A stretch of DNA of 64,000 bases from the NCBI GenBank assembly GCA_963728405.1, contig CAVSJV010000017.1, positions 1-64,000 on the forward strand, written 5' to 3'. The notes beneath the pieces were generated by a model that was not told where the DNA came from, ran no database searches, and saw only the letters and a program-made list of their open reading frames with translations. This document shows, one piece after another, positions 39,841 to 52,672 of this stretch. The first letter of the stretch is position 1; the number at the start of each line of letters is the position of its first letter. The position numbers and the translations under genes were made by a program. This stretch comes from Methanomassiliicoccaceae archaeon. Its GTDB lineage: Archaea > Thermoplasmatota > Thermoplasmata > Methanomassiliicoccales > Methanomassiliicoccaceae.

Positions 39841-40586
39841 TTGGTGTACCGGGGCCAGCACAGTTTTCCGATTACTTCTATCATTGGTCGACCCGTTCGG
39901 CGATCTAATGATGAACATCGTTTTCATTCACGGCCGATTCACCCTCGGTAAAGGCCATCCAAATAGCTCACCTAGGGACCTGACGATCCATCAGGCCAGT
40001 AAGGGGCAGGTTAGGAGTCAGGGCGAGAACACCTCCGCATATGGAGGTGCTGGCGGCAGTCCTGATGCTCATTAGCCTCGGTGTAGCCATGGCCAGCGCG
40101 TTCGATCGAGTAGGGATCGGCCCAGTCACCGACAACGACCATAGGGACATCGGGCTCATGAACCGAACCGGAAGATGAAGCGGCAACGGACCCCTGATCA
40201 TCGACTCGTTCCCGATGGGCACGGGCATCATCTTCGAGGTCCGCGCTCAATACTTCATACCTGCGGGCCAACGCACTCATGTCCGCGTGGTCAATTGCCT
40301 GGTCGTCCTGAGGGAGCGGATCGAGGCGTGGGATCCATAGCTTGCGCACATTGTAAAATGCAAAAGTAATGCCGCGGATGCAAAGAATGCAAGAAGATAT
40401 CTGATCGATGCGCATGGGTGATCGAAAGAGCGCTCTGCGCTGTGATCAGTTGCTCGCGATTCGTCCAACGATTGAACAGACATGTGTTCTCTGGAAACCC
40501 GCTTTTTAAAAAAGAGATAAAGCGGGAAGGTGTTGATCGGGGCCCCCCCATGGCCGGCGAAACGAAGCTTGAGTTACTTTTTGACG

Positions 40587-41502
40587 TCAGGCCATCGAAC
40601 GCTGCACCGCCCTCTCCTGGGCCGGGTCCCGAGGATTCTTCCCCAGCACTGTGGGGTTCTCGGGATGCGAGGTCCATTCGGTGAACGCCCCTTCGTGCTC
40701 CTTGACCCGAGGGTACCCCAGATACCACTTGAAAAGGTTGAACTCATTGGTGGCTTCCCGACCGGTACCGCAGGAGCAGATGACCAGCTTATCCTTGGTC
40801 GCACCGGCCTTCTCGATGAGCGCCTTGATCTCCTCGTCCGGCTTGAGCTTGCGAGTGTTGTCCGGCATCATGAGAGAAGCCCATGGCAGGTTCACCGCCC
40901 CCGGGATGTGCCCGCCGACCCGCCATGGCCCCTTGCCCTCATACAACGCCGGGGGGCGTGCGTCCAAAAGAATGACATCTTCCTGGTCCTTGGTCTCCTT
41001 GAACTCGTCGTAGGTGATGTAAAAATCCTTCTGGACCGCGGTCGTGAAATTGCCCGTTTCCACCTTCGGAAATTCCTGGGACAGGGCCTTGCCCTCGGCC
41101 TTCCACTTTTCCAATCCGCCGTCTAGGATGTAGACCCGGTCATGACCATAGCGAGTGAGACCATAGGCCATCATGGTCTGCTCGAGGCCATCGCCCCACC
41201 CTTTGAACGCACCCTTTCCAGTATAGACCAGCACCGGGGTGTCGTTACGGACCCCTACCCGCTGGTAATAGGGTTCCACAGCCTCTTTGCACATGAACTG
41301 GCCGCATAGTCCCCTCTTGGCCGCCCTCAGGAACTCCTCGTTGAGGTAGACCGCCCCGGGTATGTGTTCGGCAATGTAGTCATGGACATTGGGTTGAGCA
41401 TCAATGATGGTCATCCTGTTCGTCCAGATGGTCCTCGAGCCAATCGGTCGATGTCCACTTCACCTTTTGATTTCCGCTAGGATGGGGTTCTCTCTTCTCC
41501 AT
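40587..41502 (-). CDS. Two-domain rhodanese/thiosulfate sulfurtransferase, frameshift near 41415
   Basis: STDWL.DHL, YIAEHIPGAV, ILDGG..KW, LLDAR, GHIPGA, catalytic CGTGREA, GAFTEW. Confidence 0.92.
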
Positions 41503-41699
41503 GGTGATCCTCGGCCACATGTTTCTGAGTCCATCTTCCTTAATGATTATGATGTCTGGGTGATGAGCCGAGGGAGAAGTTCGAAGAGCCAGATGATTCC
41601 TGATATATTATGAAATAATAAGGACTCCACCTTAATACCCCACAAAGCTATGATGATTGTAACAGAATTATAAAGATATAGAATTGAAATACGGGTGGT

Positions 41700-43082
41700 A
41701 TGCTCTCAGCGGAGAGGAGACAGCGCCCGAGTGGCGTGGACGCTATCGAAGAGCTATCGTACCACGACCACATATGCCTGCTGTCTGATGGCCCAGAGGA
41801 TAATCTCGACCTCCTGGTACGCTTCTTCGAAAAGGGTCTCGAGAAGGACGGCATGGACGTCTACGTGGCCAAGGATGAGGACGCCCAGCGATTGTTCGCA
41901 TACATGCGATCAGTGGGCTTCGACATCGATGGCCAGTTGCATAGCGGACGGTTCATGTACGCTCCCCGCGACAGGGTGGTCATCAAAGACGGTAAGTTCG
42001 AGCCTGACTCGCTCCTGAAAGCGTGGGAGGACGTGGTCACGGCCGCCATCGACAAGGGGTTCTCCGGAGTCTTCGGCGTAGGGGAGATGAGCTGGCACAT
42101 TGGCAACGAACCCGGCTTGGATCGGTTCCTGGAGTTTGAATCCCGCTACAACGATATCTGTCCGGACAACTCCATCATCGGGTTGTGCAACTACGATGTC
42201 ACCCGGTTCGCCTGGGAGACACTAGCGGGGGCGATGCGTACCCATCCCAAGGTCATCATCAACGGCCTATTGTGCCGAAACCCCTATTACGTGCCGTCGA
42301 AGGAGTGTGCCCGGCCCCGGGCCGAGGATGAGTTCGCCCGCTTGACCGACAATACCTTATCGATAGAGATATACCATCGCCAGCTCGAGGAGATGAACGC
42401 CCGCTTGAGCTCTGAGATGATGTTGAAGCTCGAGGCCGAATCATCCCTTAACGCTATGAACCGCAAGCTGGAGATACTAGGTCGGGTCACCCGGCACGAC
42501 ATGCTCAATCAGCTCTCGGTGCTCGACGGATATCTCACCATGAGCCGTTCGGAGGTCACCGACACCAAGGTGGCAGAGATGCTCAGCAAAGCTGGCCATG
42601 CAAGCGACAACATAGGAAAGTACCTCACCTTCACCCGCGATTACCTGGACGTGGGCACCCTCTCCCCCATCTGGTCTGACGCCGCGCTCGCCTTCGCCCG
42701 CGGAGCATCCACGGTCGATATTGGATGCATCGTCATAGATGTCCGCCTGGCCGGCCTGAAGCTCATGCTGATCGTATGCTGGAGAAGGTGTTCCACAACC
42801 TGGTCGATAACGCCGTCCGCCATGGGCAGAAGGTCAGCAGGATAGAGGTGAGCTACCGCCGAGAGGGCAAGGACGTGATCGATTACCTGCCGGGACGACG
42901 GCATCGGCCTGGACCAGGATTCTAGACTTCGACTATCCCACGGGCAATCCTCCCACGGCCTGAACCTAGCGAACGAGATCCTGCACATCACCGGGATGAG
43001 CATTAGCGAGGTCGGCGAGGAAGGAAGCGGCGCTTGTTTCGAGGTCCGGGTGCCAGCGGATAGCTACCGCATTCGGGACTGA
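41700..43082 (+). CDS. MEDS-domain sensor histidine kinase, frameshifts in the HATPase domain
   Basis: HDHICL..., GEMSW, FES..N, CNYD, THP.VI (MEDS); H-box TRHDMLNQL; then NLVDNAVRHG, DDGIG and HGLNL in other frames. Confidence 0.85.
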
Positions 43083-43172
43083 GATCGAACGAAGGTGCGC
43101 CCCCAAAGGCCATTGCGGCGGAACAGGGAGATTCTTATTATGAAGGGAAAGCATCCAAACGATGGAGATCAG

Positions 43173-43877
43173 ATGGCGGTCAGGAAGATCATCAAGATTA
43201 ACGAGGAAAGGTGCAACGGTTGCGGCAAATGCGTGGACGCCTGTGCGGAGGGAGCATTGGAGATCAGGAGGGGCAAGGCCCGGGTCATCAAGGACCTACT
43301 TTGCGATGGGTTCGGGGCATGCCTGGGGGAGTGCCCCCAGGGAGCGCTCACCATCGAGGAGAGAGAGGCCACACCGTTCGACGAGGAAGCGGCCAAAAGG
43401 CACGTGGAGCTGATGAAGGAGCCCCAGTCCTGCGGTTGTCCTTCCGCCGCTCCACTTTTGCTCAAGCCCCAAGCCGCCGCCGGTACACCGACTGGAGAGG
43501 GCTCAGAACTGGGGAACTGGCCCATACAGATAAAATTGGTCTCCCCCAACGCCCCCTACTTCAAGGATGCCCATCTGTTACTGGCCGGCGACTGTACCGC
43601 CTTTACCTTCGCATCGATGCACTCCGACCTCATCAAGGGGAGGATGACCGTCATCGGTTGCCCCAAGCTCGATGATAACGAGGAGTTCATCGACAAGCTC
43701 TCCTCGATCCTCAGCGAGAACATCATCAGGGACGTCACCCTGGTGCACATGGAAGTGCCCTGCTGCGGCCAGATGAGGAGACTGGTCGAAGAGGCACGGA
43801 AGCGGTCCGGAAGCGCCATCCCGGTGAAGAGCTACACCATCCGCCGGACCGGGGAGCTGGTCGAGGACACTGCCTAG
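43173..43877 (+). CDS. 4Fe-4S ferredoxin-domain protein with a Cys-rich C-terminal domain
   Basis: CNGCGKCVDAC, CDGFGACLGECP, NWPIQ, AGDC, GCPKLD, MEVPCC. Confidence 0.9.
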   Translation: MAVRKIIKINEERCNGCGKCVDACAEGALEIRRGKARVIKDLLCDGFGACLGECPQGALTIEEREATPFDEEAAKRHVELMKEPQSCGCPSAAPLLLKPQAAAGTPTGEGSELGNWPIQIKLVSPNAPYFKDAHLLLAGDCTAFTFASMHSDLIKGRMTVIGCPKLDDNEEFIDKLSSILSENIIRDVTLVHMEVPCCGQMRRLVEEARKRSGSAIPVKSYTIRRTGELVEDTA

Positions 43878-43898
43878 AACATCCAATGGCCAGATAGA

Positions 43899-43988
43899 GT
43901 TGGATGTATAATCCAACTATGTTGACCGCTCAGTAAAAGATATATATCGTGCCTTTCTTGGTCAAGTTGGTTGGATGTATACTCCAAC
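43899..43988 (+). promoter_or_regulatory. Second promoter with two 19-bp palindromic operators flanking a TATA-like box
   Basis: GTTGGATGTATAATCCAAC at 43899-43917, GATATATA at 43939-43946, GTTGGATGTATACTCCAAC at 43970-43988, RBS AGGAG at 43991. Confidence 0.85.
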
Positions 43989-44003
43989 TTAGGAGCGGAT
44001 ATC

Positions 44004-45044
44004 TTGAGGGCAGCCGTACTGAGAAGGCCGGGAGATATGGCGATCGTCGACATGCCAGAGCCCGAGTGCCCCGTCGGCGGAGCGGTCATCCGGGTGGTGG
44101 CCTGTGCGGTCTGCCCCTCGGACATCAAGATGGCCCGGACCGGGCATCGCGATCTCTCCTATCCTCGCATCCTGGGACATGAGGTGGTTGGGGTGGTCGA
44201 AGGTTCCGATGCATCCCCTTCGATGGTTGAGGGCGACCTGGTCCAGGTATGGCCCGGCATCGCCTGCGGAACCTGCATACCCTGTCGGCGGGGGCAGGAC
44301 AACATGTGCGACCGCCAGGGCATCATCGGCTTCAACCGCGATGGCGGGTTCGCCGAGCGCATGGCCGTGCCGGCGGAGACCGTTCGGCGAGGCGGGGTGA
44401 ACGTTATCCCTCAGGGCCTCGATCCGGCACTGGCCTCGCTAACGGAGCCGCTGGCCTGTTGCGTCCACGGTCAGGACGCCGCCGCCCTCTCTGCCGCGGA
44501 CCGCGTGGTGATCCACGGTGCCGGCCCTATGGGCCTCATGCATGCCGCCCTGGCCGCCAGCAAGGGCGCGCCATGCTTGGTGATAGAGCCGGAGCAAGGT
44601 CGCCGGGAGCTGGCGTTGCGCATGGGTGCAGAGAGGACGGCGGACCCCCAGGAAGAGGACGTGGCCTCGGCCATCATGGACTGGAGCATGGGTCGGGGAG
44701 CGGACGTGGCCATACTGGCCACACCCCATGTAAAGGTCAACGACGCGCTCCTTAGGACACTGGCCCCCCGGGGAAGGATCTGCGTGTTCTCCGGCCTGCC
44801 CCGGAGCGATCCAGAGGTCCGGATGGACATCAATCTTCTGCACTACCGCGAGCTGACGATGGTTGGAGCCTACGGCTGCACCAGCGCCAGCAATACCAAG
44901 GCGCTGCATATGCTGGCCGGGGGGGAGGTCGACCTCATGCCCCTGCTGACCGAGCGCTTGCCTCTCGGTTCGCTCGAGAAGGCGTTCGGCCTGATCGAGC
45001 GACGGAAGGCGTACAAAATCGTGATCACGGAACTTACGAGGTGA
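44004..45044 (+). CDS. Zn-dependent medium-chain dehydrogenase (iditol/threonine-DH-like)
   Basis: VCPSD, GHE, CGTCIPCRRGQDNMC, EPLAC, GAGPMG. TTG start follows the RBS. Confidence 0.92.
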   Translation: MRAAVLRRPGDMAIVDMPEPECPVGGAVIRVVACAVCPSDIKMARTGHRDLSYPRILGHEVVGVVEGSDASPSMVEGDLVQVWPGIACGTCIPCRRGQDNMCDRQGIIGFNRDGGFAERMAVPAETVRRGGVNVIPQGLDPALASLTEPLACCVHGQDAAALSAADRVVIHGAGPMGLMHAALAASKGAPCLVIEPEQGRRELALRMGAERTADPQEEDVASAIMDWSMGRGADVAILATPHVKVNDALLRTLAPRGRICVFSGLPRSDPEVRMDINLLHYRELTMVGAYGCTSASNTKALHMLAGGEVDLMPLLTERLPLGSLEKAFGLIERRKAYKIVITELTR

Positions 45045-45048
45045 CGAC

Positions 45049-46167
45049 ATGGAAGAGAAGTTGAGACAATTCGGCAGCGGCGTGAACGATCTGATCGGCG
45101 GTAAGAGCCTGTCGAGGGCCCAGACCAAGGACCTGTTCCGGCAGGTGCTCTTGAACGAACAACCAGACCTGCAGCAGGGCGCGTTCCTGGCCGCCATCAC
45201 CGCGAAGGGCGCTACCCCCCAGGAGATCGCCGGCAGCTGGGAGGCCATCTACGAGATCGACACCATCAAGGTCACCCCCAATGTCACCACACCGCTGGTG
45301 GACAACTGCGGTACGGGCATGGACACGCTGAAGACCTTCAACATCTCCACTGCCGCCTCCATCATCGCCGCGGCTGACGGCATCGTCATGGCCAAGCACG
45401 GAGCGAGAGGCATTACTTCCAAGTGTGGCACCGTGGACATGATCGAGGCGCTGGGCGTGGATGTTGAATGCGATGTCAGCGTGGTCAAGAAGAGCATCGA
45501 GGAAACGGGCATCGGCATCTTCAACGGCATGTCGCCCAAGGTCCATCCCACCGCGTTGGGCCGCATCCTCTCGCAGATCAGGTTCGGGACAATTCTCAAC
45601 ATCGCCGGCTCTCTGGCGAACCCCGCTCTGCCAAAATACGGCGTCAGGGGGGTCTACTCCAAGGATATGCTCGCGCCGACATTACTGACGATGAAGGAGA
45701 TCGGTTACCACCGGGGGTTTGTCTTCCACGGACTGAACGCGTCGGGGACCAAGGGCATGGATGAGATGTCGACCCTCGGCCCCACCACGGTCATGGAGCT
45801 GAGCAAGAACGACTTGATCTCGACCTACCAGATCATACCGGACGATCTGGGCATCAAGGTCGCCCAGGAAGAGGACGTTCTCACCTCAGGCAACAAGGAA
45901 CTCGAGGTGCTCCGCCTGCTTAAGCTGCTGAACGGCGAGGAGGAGGGGGCGCGACAGGACATCGTTTGCCTCAATGCAGCCCCCATCCTCTGCATGATGG
46001 GGCGCGCTTCCACGCTGCAGGAAGGTGTAGAGAGGGCGAGGTCCATAGTCCAGGGCGGCAAGGCCATAAGTAAGTTGCAGGACTGGACCCGGTCGCAGAA
46101 CACCGACCCCTCGATGGGCGTCGGCAAGTTCAATGAGCTGATGAGCCGGGCGGACAGCCCGGCCTAA
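45049..46167 (+). CDS. Anthranilate phosphoribosyltransferase paralogue (TrpD-like)
   Basis: DNCGTGMD..KTFNIST, AKHGARGITSKCG..D, GTILN, GMDE. No other trp genes nearby. Confidence 0.85.
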   Translation: MEEKLRQFGSGVNDLIGGKSLSRAQTKDLFRQVLLNEQPDLQQGAFLAAITAKGATPQEIAGSWEAIYEIDTIKVTPNVTTPLVDNCGTGMDTLKTFNISTAASIIAAADGIVMAKHGARGITSKCGTVDMIEALGVDVECDVSVVKKSIEETGIGIFNGMSPKVHPTALGRILSQIRFGTILNIAGSLANPALPKYGVRGVYSKDMLAPTLLTMKEIGYHRGFVFHGLNASGTKGMDEMSTLGPTTVMELSKNDLISTYQIIPDDLGIKVAQEEDVLTSGNKELEVLRLLKLLNGEEEGARQDIVCLNAAPILCMMGRASTLQEGVERARSIVQGGKAISKLQDWTRSQNTDPSMGVGKFNELMSRADSPA

Positions 46168-46176
46168 GCTCTTTTC

Positions 46177-46568
46177 TCATATCGGCTGCTGGTCGTCCTT
46201 CGCTTCCCCCGCTTCCCACCAGTTGTTCCTCTTCTTGTGGTTATCGACGGGCTCATCGGAGGTGAGGACGATGGATGAACGCTGGGGCTCGCCCTCGAAC
46301 TCCACCACCGGCACCTTGGCCGCCTTGTGGAGCTTGAGGACGAAACCCTTCATGAACTCCAGATCATCGATGCTCACATCGGAGGGGAACTGGAGGTAGA
46401 ACATGTGGACCTCCCTTATGGTATCGAAGTAGTATCTGATGTTGGCCTTGGCAAGAAGCTCCTTGAACTTAGGAGCGTCCTTCCGGCGCTGGGAGAGCTC
46501 AGCAGCCGGTCAGCCCAGACCGCGTCGGCGTTGATCATGATGGCCTCTACGCCCAGTACTTTCCACAT
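46177..46568 (-). CDS. Hypothetical protein, frameshift near 46500
   Basis: MWKVLGVEAIMINAD..., then PKFKELLAKANIRYYFDTIREVH in frame with ORF 46177..46404. Confidence 0.6.
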
Positions 46569-46854
46569 GATTGCCTGGAAGCGGTTCAGCCTAATTAATT
46601 TATACGAGCGAGCTCCCCCTGCGCAAGCGAGTATCGCGCGATCATAACGCTTCGATCAATATCCTCCAAAGAGGATTACAGAAAGTATGGTCGGCACGAC
46701 CGGAACTCACGCTTGTGGACATTGGACCGCTACATCGTGAGGATGGTGCAGATCTGGTGGTTGAAGCAATGAGCGCTTTCAGAGAGGTAGTTCACTAGGG
46801 AGACATCATGTATTTTTTGAGGGATTCACAATATCATCGTACACTCCAAAGGCA

Positions 46855-47702
46855 ATGCTCTCGATACCACTGGGTGGAACCCCGCCGCGCGGCTTGAAAA
46901 GGTCGTGCCCAAGGGAGCGCCGAGGTCCACGTCCTCTCGGAATGATTCGATCCCTTGGGGAGCATCAAGGACCGTATCGCCATCTTCATGGTCGACCAGG
47001 CCAAGAAGTGGGCGACCTCCGGCCGGGGGACCAGATCGTCAAGGCCACCTCCGGCAACACCGGCATATCGTTCGCCTTGGTGGGGGCGACGGAGGGATAC
47101 CTCGTCACCATCGTCATGCCCGGGCAGATGAGCGTGGAGGGAAAGAATCTCATCAAGGCCCTAGGGGCCGAGATCATCTGTACGCCGGGCTACGGGAGCG
47201 ATGTGGACAAAACTCTGGCCAAGGTCCGAGGATCAAGGGGAGCGATCCATGGATCTGGGTACCGGACCAGTTCTCTTCCCCTGACAATATTCTGGCCCAT
47301 GTCAAGACCACCGGCCCCGAGCTGGTCGCAGGCGTGGGGCGGGGCATCCCTACCTTCGTGGCCGGGGTCGGAACGGGCGGTACGCTGATGAGCGTGGCGC
47401 GGTACTTGGAACAGGAGGTCATTCGCGCCGAGATCGTAGGCGTGGAGCTGTCGGAATCGGCGGCCATGCCCAGCGGGAAGGTTGGCCACCATAGCATCGA
47501 GGACATTGGCGATGGTTCCATCCCGCCATTGATGGACATGAGCGCAGTGATCAGAGTGGAGGCCGTATCGGCCCAGGAATCGGTGGACCTCACCCTTCGG
47601 CTGATGAGGGAGGATGGCATCATGGGCGGCATCTCCACCGGCGCCGACGTGGCCGCGGCGATCGGGTCGCTAGGGACCTCGGGCCGGGAAGGAAGGTCAT
47701 GA
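46855..47702 (+). pseudogene. cysK: Cysteine synthase (PLP) with several frameshifts and degenerate motifs
   Basis: GSIKDR, ATSGNTGI, PDQF..P.N..AH..TTGPE, AGVGTGGT, H.IE.IG, GISTGA, spread over three frames. Confidence 0.8.
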
Positions 47703-47801
47703 CCCTGGCCCCGACTCGTGCACCAGGCAATTCTCCACCACGTTGTTCCGAGAGCCATTGAAAAGAACTTAAGTAATGACAGGCATTGGAGCGACGCTAT
47801 C

Positions 47802-47991
47802 ATGGTCGTACGCCTCCCGCCTCACAAGCACTGCCTGAACTGCGAGGAGCCCATCCCCGAGGACCGGGACTATTGCAACGAGGAGTGCATGGTCAAGTCC
47901 AAGGTCAAAGAGAAACAGGGCAGCCGCAAAATGATGATATTCTACATCCTCGCTGCGATCGCTCTAGTTGCTATCTGGCTCCTATCATTCA

Positions 47992-48002
<11 letters not shown>
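47802..48002 (+). CDS. DUF2116-family Zn-ribbon membrane protein
   Basis: PPHKHCLNCEEPIP....YCNEEC followed by a TM helix. Confidence 0.85.
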
Positions 48003-50258
<2,256 letters not shown>

Positions 50259-50259
50259 C

Positions 50260-51501
50260 TTAATCCACCCTCGGCACGGTGATGCTTCCATCCATGCTGA
50301 CCAGGACCTTAGCGTCCTTGTTCTGGGCCAGTGCGGCGTCCACCGCCTCCTGTACGGTGGCGAAGGGACGGATGTTCGCCTTCTTCAGGAGCTCGGGGTC
50401 CAGGCCGGTCACGGCCCACACATTCGCCCATACCGCGATCTCGGCCATCTTGGCCGCCTTATGATAGCCAAGCTTGTACTCCTTGGCCAGGTTCTCCAGT
50501 ACCTTGCGTGGGTCGTCGGAGAGAGCTAGCTGTTGCAGGAAGGTGTCGTGGCCGATACCTTGGCGGCACTTGGACACCATGATAATGGTCCCACCCTCCT
50601 TCAATGCCCATTTTCCGTTGTCGAGCGCCTTCTGCGACTGATAGAGGTCCACATCCATGGGATAGGGGGCGATGGACACGACGACGTCGGCCTTCTCCTC
50701 GATCCTGACGGAGAAGACCTCGTTGGCCCACTTGACCGCCTGGGTGAAGGAGGCATGCAGGTCCCCGGCCTCGATCTTATAGATGTTCTGGTGACGGTCC
50801 AGCACGATCTGGATGGCGAAGATCGGTTTATCCTTCACGACCTTCAACGCGTCCATCATGTCCTCGTGGACGGGGTTGCCTTCCAGCACCAGCGCCTGCG
50901 CCTCCTGGCGCATCGCCAGCTTGTGGTTCTGCTCGATGGTCTTGCGCGAAGCGACCCCCGGCAGGAACGACTTCCGTCCCCCAGTATAGCCCGCGAAGTA
51001 GTGCGGCTCGACCGAAGTGATGATCACCAGGCGGTCGGCCTTCACAGCCATCTCATTGACGTGCATCTCGGTGCCGTTCTTCGAGGTGCCCAGGAACACG
51101 AAATTGTCCTTCTTGGAATCGTGGCTGTGAATGTTCGACTTCAGCTTGTCGTACTGCTTGCCGAAGATGAAGCGGTACTCCTCCTCGGTGGGAGCGCGGT
51201 GATCGCCGGTGGCGACGAGGTAGCGCGCCTTGGTCAGGTCCATTCGCTCCGCGAGCGCATCCAGTACCTTGCAGGTGGGCGTCGGCCGGGTGCCGTCGTT
51301 CACGATGAACACGATGTCCTTGCCGCCCTCCAGGAACTTTTCCAGAGCAGGGCCGGCCACGGGATTCTCCAACGCCCTGCGGATCTCCATCCTCTCGTCC
51401 CCGGTCTGGACATCCTTGGGGTAGATCGTTCCGGCGAAATTTTCCTCCGGCAGATGGAGGAACTGCTTCTCGTCCTTTCCGTAGGGGATGGTGAGCCTCA
51501 T
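50260..51501 (-). CDS. larA: Nickel-pincer-dependent lactate racemase family protein
   Basis: IPYG, VNDGTRPTP, ATGDHR, HD, EPHYFAGYTGGRKS.LPG, NH, LYQSQKA. Confidence 0.92.
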   Translation of the reverse strand: MRLTIPYGKDEKQFLHLPEENFAGTIYPKDVQTGDERMEIRRALENPVAGPALEKFLEGGKDIVFIVNDGTRPTPTCKVLDALAERMDLTKARYLVATGDHRAPTEEEYRFIFGKQYDKLKSNIHSHDSKKDNFVFLGTSKNGTEMHVNEMAVKADRLVIITSVEPHYFAGYTGGRKSFLPGVASRKTIEQNHKLAMRQEAQALVLEGNPVHEDMMDALKVVKDKPIFAIQIVLDRHQNIYKIEAGDLHASFTQAVKWANEVFSVRIEEKADVVVSIAPYPMDVDLYQSQKALDNGKWALKEGGTIIMVSKCRQGIGHDTFLQQLALSDDPRKVLENLAKEYKLGYHKAAKMAEIAVWANVWAVTGLDPELLKKANIRPFATVQEAVDAALAQNKDAKVLVSMDGSITVPRVD

Positions 51502-51763
51502 GACTAGAACCGATTTGGAATATTGGAGCCGATATATGAAGTTTTGACAAGACCTGACACGGTCCCGGGAGGAAAACACCAGGACCCGGGGCGGCGCTAC
51601 GAGTTACGCTCCCGGGACATCCCATTTTCTTGAGGGACCTGCGGTGCATCAACGGGCTAGACGACATCTATACTCTCCTTGGTGTTTTCATATATCGCTC
51701 ATTGACCGTGCCACCTTTTTATATCGCCTCGCGGATAATGCGCTCGGTCCGAAGGTGGCAGAA

Positions 51764-52489
51764 ATGACCGAGTACAAAGATTCCGATTGGACAGACGGCG
51801 TGTTCGTGGACAAGTTCTTGGACGCGGTGTACCTCAAGGTACCCCAGCGGCAGAGGATGTTCGAGCTAGCCGCCTCGTACTACCGTCATTTCCTCTCAGA
51901 CCGGACCGGAAATGTCATCCTGGACCTGGGGTGCGGCGACGGCATCCTCACCAAGGAACTTCTGGAGGTTGACGGGACCATCTCAGCTGTCCTTGTCGAC
52001 GCCTCATCGGATATGCTGCGGAATGCCAGAACGAAGCTTGCAGCGTACGATAGGATACGCTACGTTCATGCCAGCTTTGAGGACCTTATAGGGTCCAAGA
52101 CCGAGCTGGGACCTTTCGACATGGCTGTCTCCTCGTTGGCCATCCATCACCTGACGCTCAAGGACAAGAGGAGGCTGTTCGAGCTGATATTTCGGAGCTT
52201 GAACCCTGGAGGACATTTCCTGAACATCGACACCATGCTCCCGCCCACCCTGTCGCTGGAAGCCTGGTACCTGGTGCTATGGGAGGAATGGATGCGTCGC
52301 CGTTGCGATGATGCCCAACTGGCGGAAGGGATGGCCCTCATGAACGGACATCACCAGGTAGAGGCCCACCACGCTTGCCTGGACACCCTTGCCGACCAGC
52401 TGACGATCATGAAGGACGTAGGCTTCGAAGACGTGGACGTGGTCTTTAAGGATGGCATCTTCACTATCTATTGCGGACGAAGGCCCTGA
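51764..52489 (+). CDS. Class I SAM-dependent methyltransferase
   Basis: ILDLGCGDG, VDAS.DML, SSLAIHHL, LNPGG.F. Confidence 0.9.
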   Translation: MTEYKDSDWTDGVFVDKFLDAVYLKVPQRQRMFELAASYYRHFLSDRTGNVILDLGCGDGILTKELLEVDGTISAVLVDASSDMLRNARTKLAAYDRIRYVHASFEDLIGSKTELGPFDMAVSSLAIHHLTLKDKRRLFELIFRSLNPGGHFLNIDTMLPPTLSLEAWYLVLWEEWMRRRCDDAQLAEGMALMNGHHQVEAHHACLDTLADQLTIMKDVGFEDVDVVFKDGIFTIYCGRRP

Positions 52490-52672
52490 TCATCACGATC
52501 GTTGCCTAGGCCATCGAGCCACACCATGGGGTAGTAGGCCCATCGGAGCAAGTTAGCGGATAATGTAGGGCCTAAGAGAGCTTCGATGATCCATGGACCA
52601 GGTCCTTCCGGTAAGGCCAGAGACTGCCTCCGAAGAAAAAAGGATTTTAGCCCGTACGGCGCTGTGAGGGGC

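Noticed and set aside
40041-40340. Signal-peptide-like frame (MEVLAAVLMLISLGVAMA...) with an internal TGA, possible selenocysteine
   Set aside because: No recognisable family, Cys/redox context or SECIS evidence; probably a remnant or noise.
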